64,000 nt of DNA from Eledone cirrhosa (Eukaryota). The position numbers and the translations under genes were made by a program. Under the pieces are notes generated by a model. The model did no database searches, was not told where the DNA came from, and was given only the letters and a program-made list of their open reading frames with translations. This document shows, in pieces, positions 42,020-56,042 of this stretch. The stretch's first letter is position 1; each line of letters opens with the position of its first letter. Location: contig OZ024741.1 in assembly GCA_964016885.1 (NCBI GenBank), positions 252,588,001 to 252,652,000 on the forward strand, given 5' to 3'.

Positions 42020-42245
42020 TGGTAGATTGGCAGTATCAGTAGAGCATCGGACACCATGCTTTTCAGCATAGAGTTATGGCCCTTTACGTTCTGAGTTCAA
42101 ATCCTGCCAAGGGTTAGCTTTGCCTTCCAACCTTATGGGGTTGATTAAATAAAGTACCAGTAATGCACTGGGGTCGATTTTAATCGACTTTCCCCTTCCC
42201 CAAAAAAATTGCAGGCCTTGTGCCTAAAGTAGAAACAATTATAAT
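42020..42245 (+). mobile_element. SINE family A (long variant with GGGGTCGATTTAATCGACTTTCCCC)
   Basis: Family consensus. Confidence 0.85.
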
Positions 42246-42271
42246 TATTATCATTTATCATCAACATCACC

Positions 42272-42324
<53 letters not shown>

Positions 42325-42432
42325 TACCATCATCGTTTATATGTTTACTTTTACATGCTGGCATAAATTAGATGGGATGGTTTGAGACAATATTTTACAT
42401 CCAGATGTCCTTACTGATGCCAAACCTTTTAA

Positions 42433-42652
42433 CCCTTTAATGTTCAAACTGGCCAAAACCGGCCAGAATTCTCTACCTTTTTCTGTTGAAACTGGCTGTA
42501 ACTGGTCGCTCAAACTGATGTTAAGGTATTGTTCTCAAAATAAATACTTTCAAAATCTCATAGATTTGATATTATGTGAGATAATTATGTGAGATAAAGC
42601 ATTTACCATGAAAATACAATAGTATATATAGAGTAATGTGAATGCTAAAGGG
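42433..42652 (+). mobile_element. piggyBac-type MITE, intact
   Basis: TTAA|CCCTTTAATGTT ... AATGCTAAAGGG|TTAA. Confidence 0.88.
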
Positions 42653-42934
42653 TTAATCACCTATTACGACATGTAAGGAGATGGTGTACCTATTCACAAA
42701 ACCAACATACACATAGCATAGTGGTTGTTATTTCTAGCATATCAAGTGGCCACAAACAGACATTTATATTGGCTTGGAACTGCTGCTGCATGCAGCTGTT
42801 GTTGTTGCTGTTGTTGTTGCTGCTGCTAGTGAGAAGTGTTCAAAGATCTGAAATTGGTGTAATAATTGCGATAAAAATGAGCGATAGGTGTGTTGAACCA
42901 GTGATCCGTTACTGTGCTTCTATTTACATATATG

Positions 42935-42994
<60 letters not shown>

Positions 42995-43001
42995 TATACA
43001 T

Positions 43002-43032
<31 letters not shown>

Positions 43033-43043
43033 CAAACATACAC

Positions 43044-43086
<43 letters not shown>

Positions 43087-43246
43087 TCTATATCTATATA
43101 TATATATACAAACATACACATATGTATATATATATATATATATATTTGTATATATATATATATATATATATATACATACAAACATACACATATATATATA
43201 TATTTGTATGCATGTGTATATATATTTATATATATATATATTTGTG

Positions 43247-43284
<38 letters not shown>

Positions 43285-43311
43285 TACATGCACATATATA
43301 TATATATATTT

Positions 43312-43355
<44 letters not shown>

Positions 43356-43409
43356 ATACATATATATATACATATATATATACATGCATACATACATACA
43401 CACACACAT

Positions 43410-43468
<59 letters not shown>

Positions 43469-43478
43469 CATATATCTA

Positions 43479-43559
<81 letters not shown>

Positions 43560-43563
<4 letters not shown>

Positions 43564-43788
43564 ACATCACCTGGTCCAGCCTCCTGCTAACACACGCAAT
43601 AATAGCTAACATACAGATCAATAGTGATCAATGGCAAGATCAATAGAGCAAGGAGAAAAGGTGTGTATTGTGCTGTGTATATTTATCGACAGGCACAAGA
43701 AGGAAATGATTGAGGCGGAGCATTGATGAGTTAAGTCGAGCGGAGAATCGGGATCAACTGAAGCGAGACCTAACTAACATGGCGGCCG

Positions 43789-43792
<4 letters not shown>
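43560..43792. promoter_or_regulatory. Candidate promoter / first exon (CpG-enriched island in TA repeats)
   Basis: AACATGGCGGC (YY1-type motif) at 43776-43786; local CpG enrichment; minus-strand donor CAG|GTGATG near 43570; ETS-like GCGGAAGT at 44633. Confidence 0.3.
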
Positions 43793-43826
<34 letters not shown>

Positions 43827-43961
43827 TTTGTCATCAGTGGTGTGGCTAACTGTAGCTTGTATTAATATGTATACACACACACATATATATATATATATAT
43901 GTGTATGTATATGTGTATATGTATATGTATATATATATGTATATGTATATATATATGTATG

Positions 43962-43994
<33 letters not shown>

Positions 43995-44092
43995 GTATGT
44001 ATATGTATATATATATATGTATATATACATGTATGTATATGTATATATATGTATATATATATATGTATATATATATATGTATATATATAGGT

Positions 44093-44128
<36 letters not shown>

Positions 44129-44169
44129 ACCTATATATATACATTTGTATATACATATGTATATATATA

Positions 44170-44229
<60 letters not shown>

Positions 44230-44261
44230 TATATATATAAATATATCGCATATATGTATAA

Positions 44262-44339
<78 letters not shown>

Positions 44340-44364
44340 TATATATATATAATATATATATATA

Positions 44365-44402
<38 letters not shown>

Positions 44403-44849
44403 CATACATACATACATATATATATATACACACACACATGCACACACACATATACACAAATATATATATATATATACATATACACACATATATATATATA
44501 TACACACACACATGCACACACACATATACACACATATATATATATATATCTAGATGTACACATAAACACATATGTACACAAGAGATGGTGGGTGCTGTGC
44601 CAGTCCATGTGAGACACACAGACACTGCTAGAGCGGAAGTAATGGTCTTTTCACAACTGGGGCTGTTTTATTATATTTATATCTATATTTGTTTATATTG
44701 AGGTGGTTGGTCCCATTTCAGGGGCTGAGATATAGTACAGGGGTGGAAGGTAGGGAGCTTGGTCCTGTTGGAGAGTATGTGGTAATGGCAGTAGTGATGG
44801 TGGGATGGGGGTTATTTGGGGTTTTTTTTGGGGGGGGAGGTTGTTATGT

Positions 44850-46690
44850 TGTGTGGTGGTAGCATGGTGGTGTAGTGTGGTGGCATGGTGGTGTAGTGGT
44901 GGTGGTATGGTGGTGTAGTGGTGGCAGGGTGGTGTAGTGGTGTAGTGGTGGCAGGGTGGTGTAGTGGTGTAGTGGTGGCAGGGTGGTGTGGTGGTGTAGT
45001 GGTGGCAGGGTGGTGTAGTGGTGTAGTGGTGGCAGGGTGGTGTGGTGGTGTAGTGGTGGCAGGGTGGTGTAGTGGTGTAGTGGTGGCAGGGTGGTGTGGT
45101 GGTGTAGTGGTGGCAGGGTGGTGTAGTGGTGTAGTGGTGGCAGGGTGGTGTAGTGGTGTAGTGGTGGCAGGGTGGTGTGGTGGTGTAGTGGTGGCAGGGT
45201 GGTGTAGTGGTGGCAGGGTGGTGTAGTGGTGTAGTGGTGGCAGGGTGGTGTGGTGGTGTAGTGGTGGCAGGGTGGTGTGGTGGTGTAGTGGTGGCAGGGT
45301 GGTGTGGTGGTGTAGTGGTGGCAGGGTGGTGTGGTGGTGTAGTGGTGGCAGGGTGGTGTAGTGGTGGCAGGGTGGTGTAGTGGTGGCAGGGTGGTGGCAG
45401 GGTGTTGTGGTGGTGTAGTGGTGGTAGGGTGGTGTAGTGGTGTAGTGGTGGCAGGGTGGTGTGGTGGTGTAGTGGTGGCATGGTGGTGTAGTGGTGTAGT
45501 GGTGGCATGGTGGTGTAGTGGTGTAGTGGTGGCAGGGTGGTGTAGTGGTGGCAGGGTGGTGGCAGGGTGGTGTGGTGGTGTAGTGGTGGCAGGGTGGTGT
45601 AGTGGTGTAGTGGTGGCATGGTGGTGTAGTGGTGTAGTGGTGGCAGGGTGGTGTAGTGGTGTAGTGGTGGCAGGGTGGTGTGGTGGTGTAGTGGTGGCAG
45701 GCAGGGTGATGTAGTGGTGTAGTGGTGGCATGGTGGTGTAGTGGTGTTGTGGTGGTATGGTGGTATGGTGGTGGCCAGGTGATGTAGTGGTGGTGTAGTG
45801 GTGGCAGGGTGGTGTAGTGGTGGTATGGTGGTGTAGTGGTGGCAGGGTGGTGTAGTGGTGTAGTGATAGGAGGGTGGTGTAGTGGTATAGTGGTGGTATG
45901 GTGGTGTAGTGGTGGCATAGTGGTGTAGTGGTGGCATGGTGGTGTAGTGAGTGGTGGCAGGGTGGTGTAGTGGTGTAGTGGTGGTATAGTGGTGGCAGGG
46001 TAGTGTAGTGGTGTATTGGTGTCATGTTATCTGGTGGTAGCATGGTGGTGGTATGGTGGTGTGGTAGTGTAAAGGTGGTATGGTGGTGTAGTGGTGTAGT
46101 GGTGATGCTTATTATGGAGGGATGGGGGGGTGATATGGTGGTGTACTGTTGTAGTGGTGGTGGGGGTGGGGGATATTTGGGGGAGGGGCATATGTTGTTG
46201 TGTAGTGGTGGCAAGGAGGTGTAGTGTTGTATAATGGAGGAGGTGAGGAGTGGTGGTAGTGGTGATGAGGGGCAAGGGTGATATAGTGGTGTAAGGGTGG
46301 TGGGATGGGGTTTTTGATGTGGGGTGGTCATGTTGTTGTGTAGTTTTTGTATAATGGAGGTGGTGAGTAATGGAGTAATGGTAGTGATGGTGATGGGGGG
46401 AGGGAGATATAGTGATGTAGTGTTGTAGTGATGATGGTTATGTTGAGGGTGGTTACCTTGATGGTGGTGGTGTTGATGGTGGTTACGTTGAGGGTAGTTA
46501 CCTTGATGGTGGTGGTGATGGTGATGGTGGTGGTTTTGGTGATATTGGTGGTGGTGGTAGTAGTAGTTTTTGTGGTGATGGTTGTGTTGCTGGTGTTGTT
46601 GGTGGTAGTGGTGTGATGTGAAGGTGGTGCTGGTGGTTGTTGTAGTAATGTAGTGGTTAGGGATATAGTGGTTATGGTGGTAGTAGTCAT
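44850..46690. repeat. GT-rich minisatellite (27 bp core unit) decaying into (GGT)n low complexity
   Basis: Unit GTGGTGGCAGGGTGGTGT(A/G)GTGGTGTA over ~44915-45720. Confidence 0.92.
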
Positions 46691-47149
46691 AAGTTTGAAG
46701 TACTCTTCTCTTTTTTGTCTTGTTTGAATTAGCTGATTGTATTTTTCTGAGCAGTGTATGTGTGTGGTATCTATAGTGTGTTCTGTGTGTTATATTGTGT
46801 ATAGAGTGTGTAATATAGTGTGTAAGGGTCTATATAGCACATGTGAAATGTGTGTAATGTGTATAGTGTTCCTCTATTGTGTGTATAGATTGTGTGTATG
46901 TGTACATGCATATAGTGTGTTGTGTGGTGAGTGCTATATGTAGTGTCATGTGTGTTGATGCAATGAGAGTAGTGTATAGCATGTAATGTAGCATGTAGTG
47001 TGCATTGAACGTAGCATATAGTGTGTTTTGAGTATTGACTGTAGTATATTGTGTGCAGTGAGTGTTGCTTGAATCTTATTGTGTGGCATTAGCTCTTTAT
47101 AATAGGCCAGCAATATGATAGCTGAAACATATATCAAGAGATTTATGGT

Positions 47150-48860
47150 TCTCTATGTTGTTTTTATGCATTCAGATAATTGCCTGTTATCCAAAACTTA
47201 CCAAGACTTGGTACACTGATTTGCTTCTTAGAGTGATAAGAATCAAATTGAATTTGATACCAGTTGGCTGGAACAAGTAAAAACGTAAAAGAGTACCAAA
47301 AAGATATCGATGGCTTTTCAGAGCTGCTCTTTGTTCTCTCATTAAACCCACTGTCATACCTGCTCATAAAATATAGTTCCCCTAGACATGGATCTAGAAA
47401 TATATCTCACTTTTCTGTGTCAACAACCTGGGGTTGTTTGGGCGAAATATCAACCATATTGAAATGAAAGCAATTGGACCTCATTACCCAATTCACAACA
47501 AACAATGGAATGGAATTTGGTGAGTCCAAATGTACATTTTTAATGATAAAATATGGAAAAATCTAAATATGAACAGCTTGACAATACATCTACATTTAGG
47601 TATCAACTACAGATATCATAAACAGAAAGAGTATGTTAGATATGATGGACCCATAAGTAAAAGGAGGACCAGAAAAGAATACAAGAGAACATGGTCATTA
47701 GAGCTTTCAGCTTACAACAAACACATTACCAATAATATCTTTATTGACATGGATGTAAGGGCTCATGATCTGCCCAGTGATATTGGAAATTCCAACATCA
47801 ATAGGGATGTAGATAAGCTATATTTCCCACGCAACAAGGGCAGTGAGACCTAAAATATGTATTAACTTTGTATGAGATTCAGATAACACAGAAACATCTT
47901 CAGCAGAAGAAACAAGCCAGCAGCTAAGTTTGTAAGCATGAAAGTAATAACGTTGTTTGGAAAACTATTGAACTAGAGAAAAAGCATGAAATAAAAGATG
48001 ACACTAACCTCTCTTCCAGGATCATTGGAAAACTTTACTCAATGTTTGAGAAAATAAAAAAAAAACAGTTCACTAATAAGATTGCACATAGGTACTTGAA
48101 ACAAAAAAAGGCAGACCATAAAGGAGATAAATCATACTGAAAGCCTGTCATGTAGTTTTGCCAAGTCTATAACATCCCACCTGGAAGGATACCTCCATGC
48201 AATCCAAGAACAAGAAATCCCTATCAAGAACCTACTGTGTAAAAGAGAAAAGTCAACTGCTCTCAATGAATTTAGACAGTGCAAAACGAAGACCAAATAT
48301 GTTAGCCACATTGTCGCCATTGTGAAAAAAATGTCTTCTCCTTACTACCTTTGCATAAGACAATGATGTGGTAGCTAGAACAATCTAGAATACACTAAAA
48401 AAGACCAAGGTAAAAGCAGATAGGAATAAGTATATTGAGATAGTTCAAAGGAATATTAGTGAAATTTAAAAGTAAAACTCACCAAATTAAAACACAACCA
48501 GCCTGACATTGTTGTTTGGGATCATAGATTGAAAACATGCTTTGCTGTAGAAGTTAGCTGCCCACATACTATCAAGGTAGTAAGAAATATACAAAAGAAT
48601 GAAGATGAGTACAGAACATTCATGAGGAGTTTGCAGGTCCAGTACATGAAAAAACGTTAGGTTTCATACCCCAGTAATGCTCTGGGGTAATTGCTGGCCT
48701 TGTGCCAAAAGTAGAAACAATTGGAGCTACAAGATACATACCAACCCAATGGCAGAAAAGTATGATGGTACCTGGATACTTGAAAAAAAAAACCACAATT
48801 CCTTAATTCATAGGCTATCTTATGATATCTGGAACTTTCAACATTTGTAAAGCGCGTTTA
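47150..48860 (+). pseudogene. Highly degenerate R4/Dong-like non-LTR element (RT + restriction-like endonuclease)
   Basis: Fragments in order: LLFVLSLNPLSYLL, NISHF, GMEFGESKC, ELSAYNKHITNN, DVDKLYFPRNKG, AIQEQEIP, YLCIRHNDVVA, KHNQPDIVVWD..CFAVEVSCP (PD..E RLE motif); partial SINE at 48670-48722. Confidence 0.7.
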
Positions 48861-49160
48861 TGAATCAAAGGACAAATGATTGCACAAGTGATGATGGAAA
48901 TTTCCTAAATTTTACAACTATGCTGCCGGGAAGGTGGCCAGGCAAAAATAAACTCAAAATTAAGAAAAATGCATGCATATATACATACTCACATGCATAC
49001 AAACCTACATACATACATACAAACCTACATACATACATACAAACCTACATACATACATACAAACCTACATACATATATAGCATGGTATGTTTTATTGTCC
49101 CATTTGCGTGGCACATTTTATATTGTATATATGATCTCTAGTGGTCAATATGGAAAGGAC

Positions 49161-49205
<45 letters not shown>

Positions 49206-49534
49206 AGAAAACTCACCCCAGCCTTGCTACACTTTTACTCCTGAAGGGCCTCCACAGGCCATGGGTGCAGCCCTTCCTCTCTGGAAGATTAAATGAAAAA
49301 AAAAATAAACAAAAAGGTAACAAACAAAGACATTTGAAATAATCCATAAGACTGCCATCCACCCATTGGAGTACTGCTCCTATATATGGGAATGGAGTAC
49401 CCCTACTGCTACTACTACACTTACAAACCCTCTAGTCCACACCCACTTGACCATAATTACTATTTAGAGCCTGAAAATATTTCAATGCTGGTCAGTTGAT
49501 AACACTTGAAGACGCTCAAGTAAAATCTATATTG

Positions 49535-49850
49535 GGGTGTTACTTCCATATCTGGGACAGTGGGACAGTGCTATGACCATAACTGAAACAGTACTACCAC
49601 CATACATAGGACATTCCTGTTTCCACATTTGGGACAGTGCTGCTCTCAAATGTGGGATAGTGCTGCCACCATACCTAGGACAGTGTTACTCCCACATCTG
49701 GAAGAGTGATGTTGATATACCTGTGACAATGCGGCTCCGACATCTGGGTCAGTTATGTTGCTAAACTGGAGACAATGCTGCTCTCACATTAAGGACAGTG
49801 CTACTACCACATCTGGGACAGTACTGTTCCCACATCTGGCACAATGTTTT
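49535..49850. repeat. Degenerate ~23 bp tandem repeat
   Basis: Recurrent CACATCTGGGACAGTGCT(A/G)C. Confidence 0.7.
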
Positions 49851-50389
49851 TAATACTCCAAAACAACCTAGATCATGTACAAATAATTAGACTTCCTCTT
49901 CAGGAAAAGAAAAACGCTACCCTTCTATGAAGCATAAGTAAAAAAAGGAAGCACAGTTCGCATAAATGGGACAATATTGCTGCTACACCCATAAATAGAC
50001 ATATTAGGCCAATTTCATAAGCAGGGCAATTTAACACCCAAACACTACCACTTTTAACTCACATAATCTCCCACGTCTATTTATGTTTCCCCTGCTGTTC
50101 CTCACCTTAGAGGGAACTCCTCATTAAACACCTTCCCATAATCCTTCTCCCATTTCTAGCATGGACAGAGAGTATTCAAAATGTGAAAATATCAATGGAT
50201 GTCTCAGAAGGTCACTCTTTACAAATGGTAGACATAGTGGCTGGGAGGTTAAGATGAATTACCATTGCTCATTTTGCTCCTCTGACAAAATACCACCATT
50301 TACCTCAGAACCCATTCACTCACTGAGAAATCTACCAAGATGAACATCAAACTTTATATAAAAAAACAAAACAATAAATAGTTACTTTA

Positions 50390-52195
50390 ATAAACTGGTT
50401 CAAATACACTGGCACAATTATGCTGGTTCAAATACGCTGATTCAAATACACTGAGTCTGATAGACTGATTCAAATATACTGGTTCAAATACACTGGCTAC
50501 AATACACTGGCTACAATACACTGGCTCTAGCATGTTGACTCCAATCGTCTCCAGCACATTGGTTGCAACATATTGACTTCAACACATTGACATGCTGGCT
50601 CCGACATGGGGGCTCCAACACACTGGCTCCAACACACTAGCTCCAACACACTGTCTCCAACACACTGGCTCCAACACGCTGGCTCCAACACGCTGGCTCC
50701 AACACGCTGGCTCCAACACGCTGGCTCCAACACACTGGCTCCAACATGCTGGCTCCAACACGCTGGCTCCAACACACTGGCTCCAACACGCTGGCTCCAA
50801 CACACTGGTTCCAACACACTGGCTCCAACACACTGGCTCCAACACACTGGTTCCAACACACTGGTTCCAACACGCTGGTTCCAACATGCTGGCTCCAACA
50901 CACTGGCTTCAACACACTGGCTCCAACATGCTGGCTCCAACACACTGGCTCCAAGACACTGGCTCCAACACACTGGCTTCAACACACTGGCTCCAACACA
51001 CTGGCTCCAACACACTGGCTCCAACACACTGGCTCCAACACACTGGCTCCAACACGCTGGCTCCAACACACTGGTTCCAACACACTGGCTCCAACACACT
51101 GGCTCCAACACACTGGTTCCAACACACTGGCTCCAACACGCTGGCTCCAACACACTGGTTCCAACACACTGGCTCCAACACACTGGCTCCAACACACTGG
51201 TTCCAACACACTGGTTCCAACACGCTGGTTCCAACATGCTGGCTCCAACACACTGGCTTCAACACACTGGCTCCAACATGCTGGCTCCAACACACTGGCT
51301 CCAAGACACTGGCTCCAACACACTGGCTTCAACACACTGGCTCCAACACACTGGCTCCAACACACTGGCTCCAACACACTGGCTCCAACACACTGGCTCC
51401 AACACGCTGGCTCCAACACACTGGTTCCAACACACTGGCTCCAACACACTGGCTCCAACACACTGGTTCCAACACACTGGTTCCAACACGCTGGTTCCAA
51501 CATGCTGGCTCCAACACACTGGCTTCAACACACTGGCTCCAACACGCTGGCTCCAACACACTGGCTCCAACCCACTGGTTCCAACACACTGGCTCCAACA
51601 CACTGGCTCCAACACACTGGTTCCAACACACTGGCTCCAACACACTGGTTCCAACATGCTGGCTCCAACACACTGGCTCCAAGACACTGGCTCCAACACA
51701 CTGGCTTCAACACACTGGCTCCAACACACTGGCTCCAACACACTGGCTCCAACACACTGGCTCCAACACACTGGCTCCAACACGCTGGCTCCAACACGCT
51801 GGCTCCAACACGCTGGCTCCAACACGCTGGCTCCAACATGCTGACTCCAACACGCTGGCTCCAACACGCTGGCTCCAACATGCTGACTCCAACACGCTGG
51901 CTCCAACACACTGACTCCAACACGCTGGCTCCAACACACTGGCTCCAACACGCTGACTCCAAAACGCTGGCTCCAACACGCTGGCTCCAACACACTGGCT
52001 CCAACACGCTGGCTCCAACATGCTGGTTCCAACACGCTAGCTCCAACATGCTGGCTCCAACACACTGGCTCCAACACGCTGGCTCCAACACACTGGCTCC
52101 AACACACTGGCTCAAATACACTGGCTCCAACACGCTGGCTCCAACACGCTGACTCCAACACGCTGGCTCCAACACGCTAGCTCCAACACGCTGGG
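50390..52195. repeat. 14 bp minisatellite, >110 copies, with higher-order structure
   Basis: Unit CCAACAC(A/G)CTGGCT; variant CCAAGACACT recurs at 50951, 51301 and 51679. Confidence 0.97.
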
Positions 52196-52699
52196 GTTGA
52201 ACTCAGAAGAAACAAGAATGTAACAAATTACCATCTGTAGCAGATTACCATTTCTGTCACATCAAACATATTTCTGATCAGGGAATGAAACCACAACTGC
52301 CCAAGGTGACCGCAGCAGATATCATAATTAAAGACATACAGGTAATATAATTAGTCTAATTAATATCGAGCCAAATATCTCCTCACCAAAATACAAGGAA
52401 CGTAATATGAAAATAAGCAAGATGAGAGTAAAAATAGTACCTGTTATTATTACAAGAGTTGTATATAAAAGCATATACAATATATTTATGTATAATAAAT
52501 ATAAAAGAGTCTCACTATGAATGTTTTAAGCTGTGATTATGTCACAAAGCATATAAGCTTTTAACATATTTTTGTCTCAGTACCGAGTAAATGTTACGGA
52601 TATTGCCATTCCCACCAGCTACTAAGATAGCTGGGGCATGATTACAGTTAAAAATATTCATAGCAAGAGTCTTGTTTGTTTATTGTATAGTTTTTTATA

Positions 52700-52862
52700 G
52701 ACGGTGAATTGGCATAGTCATTAGAACATTGAATAGAGTGCTTTGCAGTATTTGTTTCATTTCCCTGTTCTCTGAGTTCACATCCTACTGAGGTCAACTT
52801 TGCCTTTCATCCATTTTAGGTCAATGAAAAAGTACCAGTCAAGTACTGGGGCGATTCTTCCT
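52700..52862 (+). mobile_element. SINE family A, degenerate
   Basis: GACGGTGAATTGGCA..CTGAGTTCACATCC..GAGGTCAACTTTGCCTTTCATCC. Confidence 0.75.
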
Positions 52863-52886
52863 CTATAATTCTATCTGTACAACAAT

Positions 52887-53086
52887 NNNNNNNNNNNNNN
52901 NNNNNNNNNNNNNNNNNNNNNNNNNNNNNNNNNNNNNNNNNNNNNNNNNNNNNNNNNNNNNNNNNNNNNNNNNNNNNNNNNNNNNNNNNNNNNNNNNNNN
53001 NNNNNNNNNNNNNNNNNNNNNNNNNNNNNNNNNNNNNNNNNNNNNNNNNNNNNNNNNNNNNNNNNNNNNNNNNNNNNNNNNNNNNN
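52887..53086. other. Assembly gap (200 N)
   Basis: Run of N. Confidence 1.
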
Positions 53087-53185
53087 ATATATATATATAT
53101 GTATATATATATATATGTATATATATATGTATATATATGTATATATATATATATATATATATACATACACAGACACAGACACACA

Positions 53186-53990
53186 CACATCATCATAATC
53201 ATCATCATCATCGTCATAATCATTATTTTTCCATACATATATGGATTGTATGAGTCTTTTCCAGCACTCTACATCCCTCCACTTGTTGTGGTCCTTTGTC
53301 ATCTTAGATGTGAGCTGCAATAACTTGAGATCAGCTTTCACAACCTCCACCCAGGTCTTCCTTGGTATTCCTCTACTGCAGCATCCTTCCACTGTGAATT
53401 CTTAACATTTCTTCTCCCAATGATGAGGATCATCATCACTTGCCCATACCAGTGCAGTCTTTTATCCAGCTCACAATATATGGTTGCTTTTCCATACAGT
53501 TTTTTTTTCAGTTCATCCATACATATAAATATATAAACATTACACATCCAACAGAGCATGTTTACTCCATATCTTTCCAGCCTTCACATACCTTCTGCAT
53601 TCATTGCCCATGTCTCACTACCATACAACATCATGCATTGAACACAAGGTATCATACAGCTAACCTTTCATTCATAGAGAGAAACCTTTTGTTGTAAACA
53701 GAAGTAGTAGCTCACTGAACCTTTTTCCATCTCATTCATATTCTATCAAATATACTCTCAGAGGAATCTCTTCCACTGCTAATTTGATCACCTAGGAAGT
53801 AAAAGCAATCAAACTCTCCAGTTGAGCTTTTCTGTGATTGGAAAAGGTTTATTTTATTGATCCTCATACAACTAACTATCTCTGTGCATCTACTACCTAC
53901 AAAGTTTGTATTTTCTGTTAGTTGGCATGATACTTGTATAGTAATTGGTACAATCCCATAGAGAACCCATTCCAATAGCATTATACCAAT
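53186..53990 (-). mobile_element. Old degenerate RTE LINE 3' fragment
   Basis: FYFLGDQISSG..SES, MLCWMCNV, RLHWYG, RGIPRKTWVEVVKADL; (GAT)n tail. Confidence 0.8.
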
Positions 53991-54089
53991 TACTATATAT
54001 ATATGTACTTTCCTTATGCATATTAACGGCTGAGCAGCCTAATTTGCATATTGAGTGAGTTAGTCAGCCGGGCGTACCGAAAACGATAA

Positions 54090-56042
54090 GTGGAAAAAAT
54101 GAAATTTCATTTCTCACTCTTAGTACGGCTGATACTTAAATATAAGTATGTATGCAGTATTTCTGCTTTTCTGCTTTAAGAAGGGAAGTAACAGGAATAA
54201 AAGCAAGCATTCGGGTAGGACCCCACAATGACGGGTCTTTCGGAACACTTTGCTAAAGAATCTCCCTGTACCTCTTGCCGTATCTGGGCACACTGAGAAG
54301 ACCACGGAATCTGCTAACCATGAAGTAATTGCCATTGGGGTACGAGAAGACAAGGCTGATCTTCAGGCATTTGCTGCCAGCTCAGCCAAAGACCTAGGCT
54401 GTGTTCCCCCAAAGGGTGCTCTCCGCTTTGGTCGACCTGGTCCAAATCCCAGACTCATCAGGCTGTCTTTTTTGGACCCCGCTGAGGCAATTTCAACTAT
54501 GGAATTTACACCTGCAATGCTGCAACGTCACCTTAAGAATAAGCGCAACTATGCCTCCCCTGGTCTTGATGATGTTATATACCTGCTTCTCAAACGTGGT
54601 TGGTACTTCCTTTTGCACCAGCTTTCTTTCTTCTTTCAATACTGTCTCAACAATGGTGCTACTCCAGAGCAGTGGAAAACTGCCAGTGTCATTCCCCTGT
54701 TCTAAAAGGGCGACCGCACGTCACTTGTCAACTATTGTCCATTCAGTCTTACTAGCTGTATTGCCCAACAGATGGAATCCTGTGTCAGAGAAACACTTTG
54801 GAACTTCTGGAGTTCTCACAGCCTAATCCGGCCCTCGCAAGTTGGATTTATCCCCAACTCCAGCTGCTGTAATCAGCTTATCGAGTTCCTTCGAGTTCCT
54901 TGAAGACATTACCCGGATCACTGACAGCGGCGCTTGGGTTGATGTTGTTTACCTTGACTTCGCTAACGCTTTTAATTCTGTGTCACACAAAAGACTTATG
55001 GCGAAACTCTCTGCAATGGGTGTGAGGGATGATCTTTTTAACTGGTTGCAATGCTTCATTCTCAGCCGAAAAGAGGTAGTCACGGTTTTAGGACAGCATT
55101 TTTCACCATATAAGATGTCATCTGGTGTACCACAAGGATCTATTCTTGGTCCTGTTTTGTTTGTTGCATACATTAATGACATAGATGCCAACTTAAAGAA
55201 TGCCACAGTACTGAAATATGCAGATGACATCAAGCTGTACCTTGAAATCAAAAGTACAGATCCTGAAATCTATAACTCTTTCCTACAATCAGACCTCGAC
55301 ACAATGCAGCAATGGATCACAGACTGGTAACTGAAGCTGGCTGTGGACAAGTGTATCACCATGCATTTTGGGAGGAAAAATCCAGCGTCCACATATTCCC
55401 TCCTCAACATTGATATCAAGAAGTCCTCTTGTGAACGTGACCTGGGCATTACTGTCAGCAGCGATTTGCGTTGGACAAAGCATGTCTCTAAGATTATCAA
55501 GAAGGCTGAGGGTGTCTTGGCATCACTCAGCAAGACCTTTGTTAGCCGCTCTCCAGCCATCTATTTAAAGCTCTATACAGCTATGGTATGACCACACTTG
55601 GAATTCGCATCATCAGTTTGGAACCCCTATCTTGCTCAGAACATTGACCTCCTGGAAACGGTTCAGAGACGTGCAACCAAGCGCATACCCTCCATCAGAC
55701 ACCTACCATATTCTGAACGCCTTACTTCCCTGGGCATGGATTCATTGAAGCTCCAACGTCTGGCAACTGACTTGGTAAACACCAACAGACTTATTAACCA
55801 TCTCGCCAACAACAACCCTGAGCACCTTTTTGATCTCCATGTGTCTAACACATGTGGACATGCCTACAAAGTCAGAAAACAGCACAGCCCCCATGACTTT
55901 CGGAAACAATTTTTCACGCTTAGAGTTGCTGAAAAATGGAACAACTGTACGTCTGTATACATATATGTATGTATGTATACATACTTATATTTAAGTATCA
56001 GCCATACTAAGAGTGAGAAATGAAATTTCATTTTTTCCATTT
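54090..56042. repeat. ~65 bp inverted arms enclosing a CR1 fragment, (TA)n-bounded
   Basis: TGGAAAAAATGAAATTTCATTTCTCACTCTTAGTACGGCTGATACTTAAATATAAGTATGTAT (54091-54153) reverse-complemented at ~55977-56040. Confidence 0.85.
54300..55947 (+). mobile_element. CR1-clade LINE RT region, pseudogenised, lacking its 3'UTR
   Basis: SPGLD, WKTASVIPLF*KG, DVVYLDFANAFNSVSH, SGVPQGSILGPVLF, LKYADDIKL, VQRRATK, FFTLRVAE; several stops. Confidence 0.92.

Noticed and set aside
44693-46331. His/Pro/Thr-rich ORFs in three minus frames
   Set aside because: Consequence of the GT-rich minisatellite
49211-49290. Apparent 64 nt minus-strand exon (CAG|...GGG|GTGAGT)
   Set aside because: Abuts a (TTA)n tail and looks like a retroelement 3' end; no linking exons identified
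50527-52175. Multiple 200-470 aa ORFs with LAPTHWLQHTGSNT / VLEPVCWSQCVGAS repeats
   Set aside because: Artefact of a stop-free 14 bp unit read in all frames
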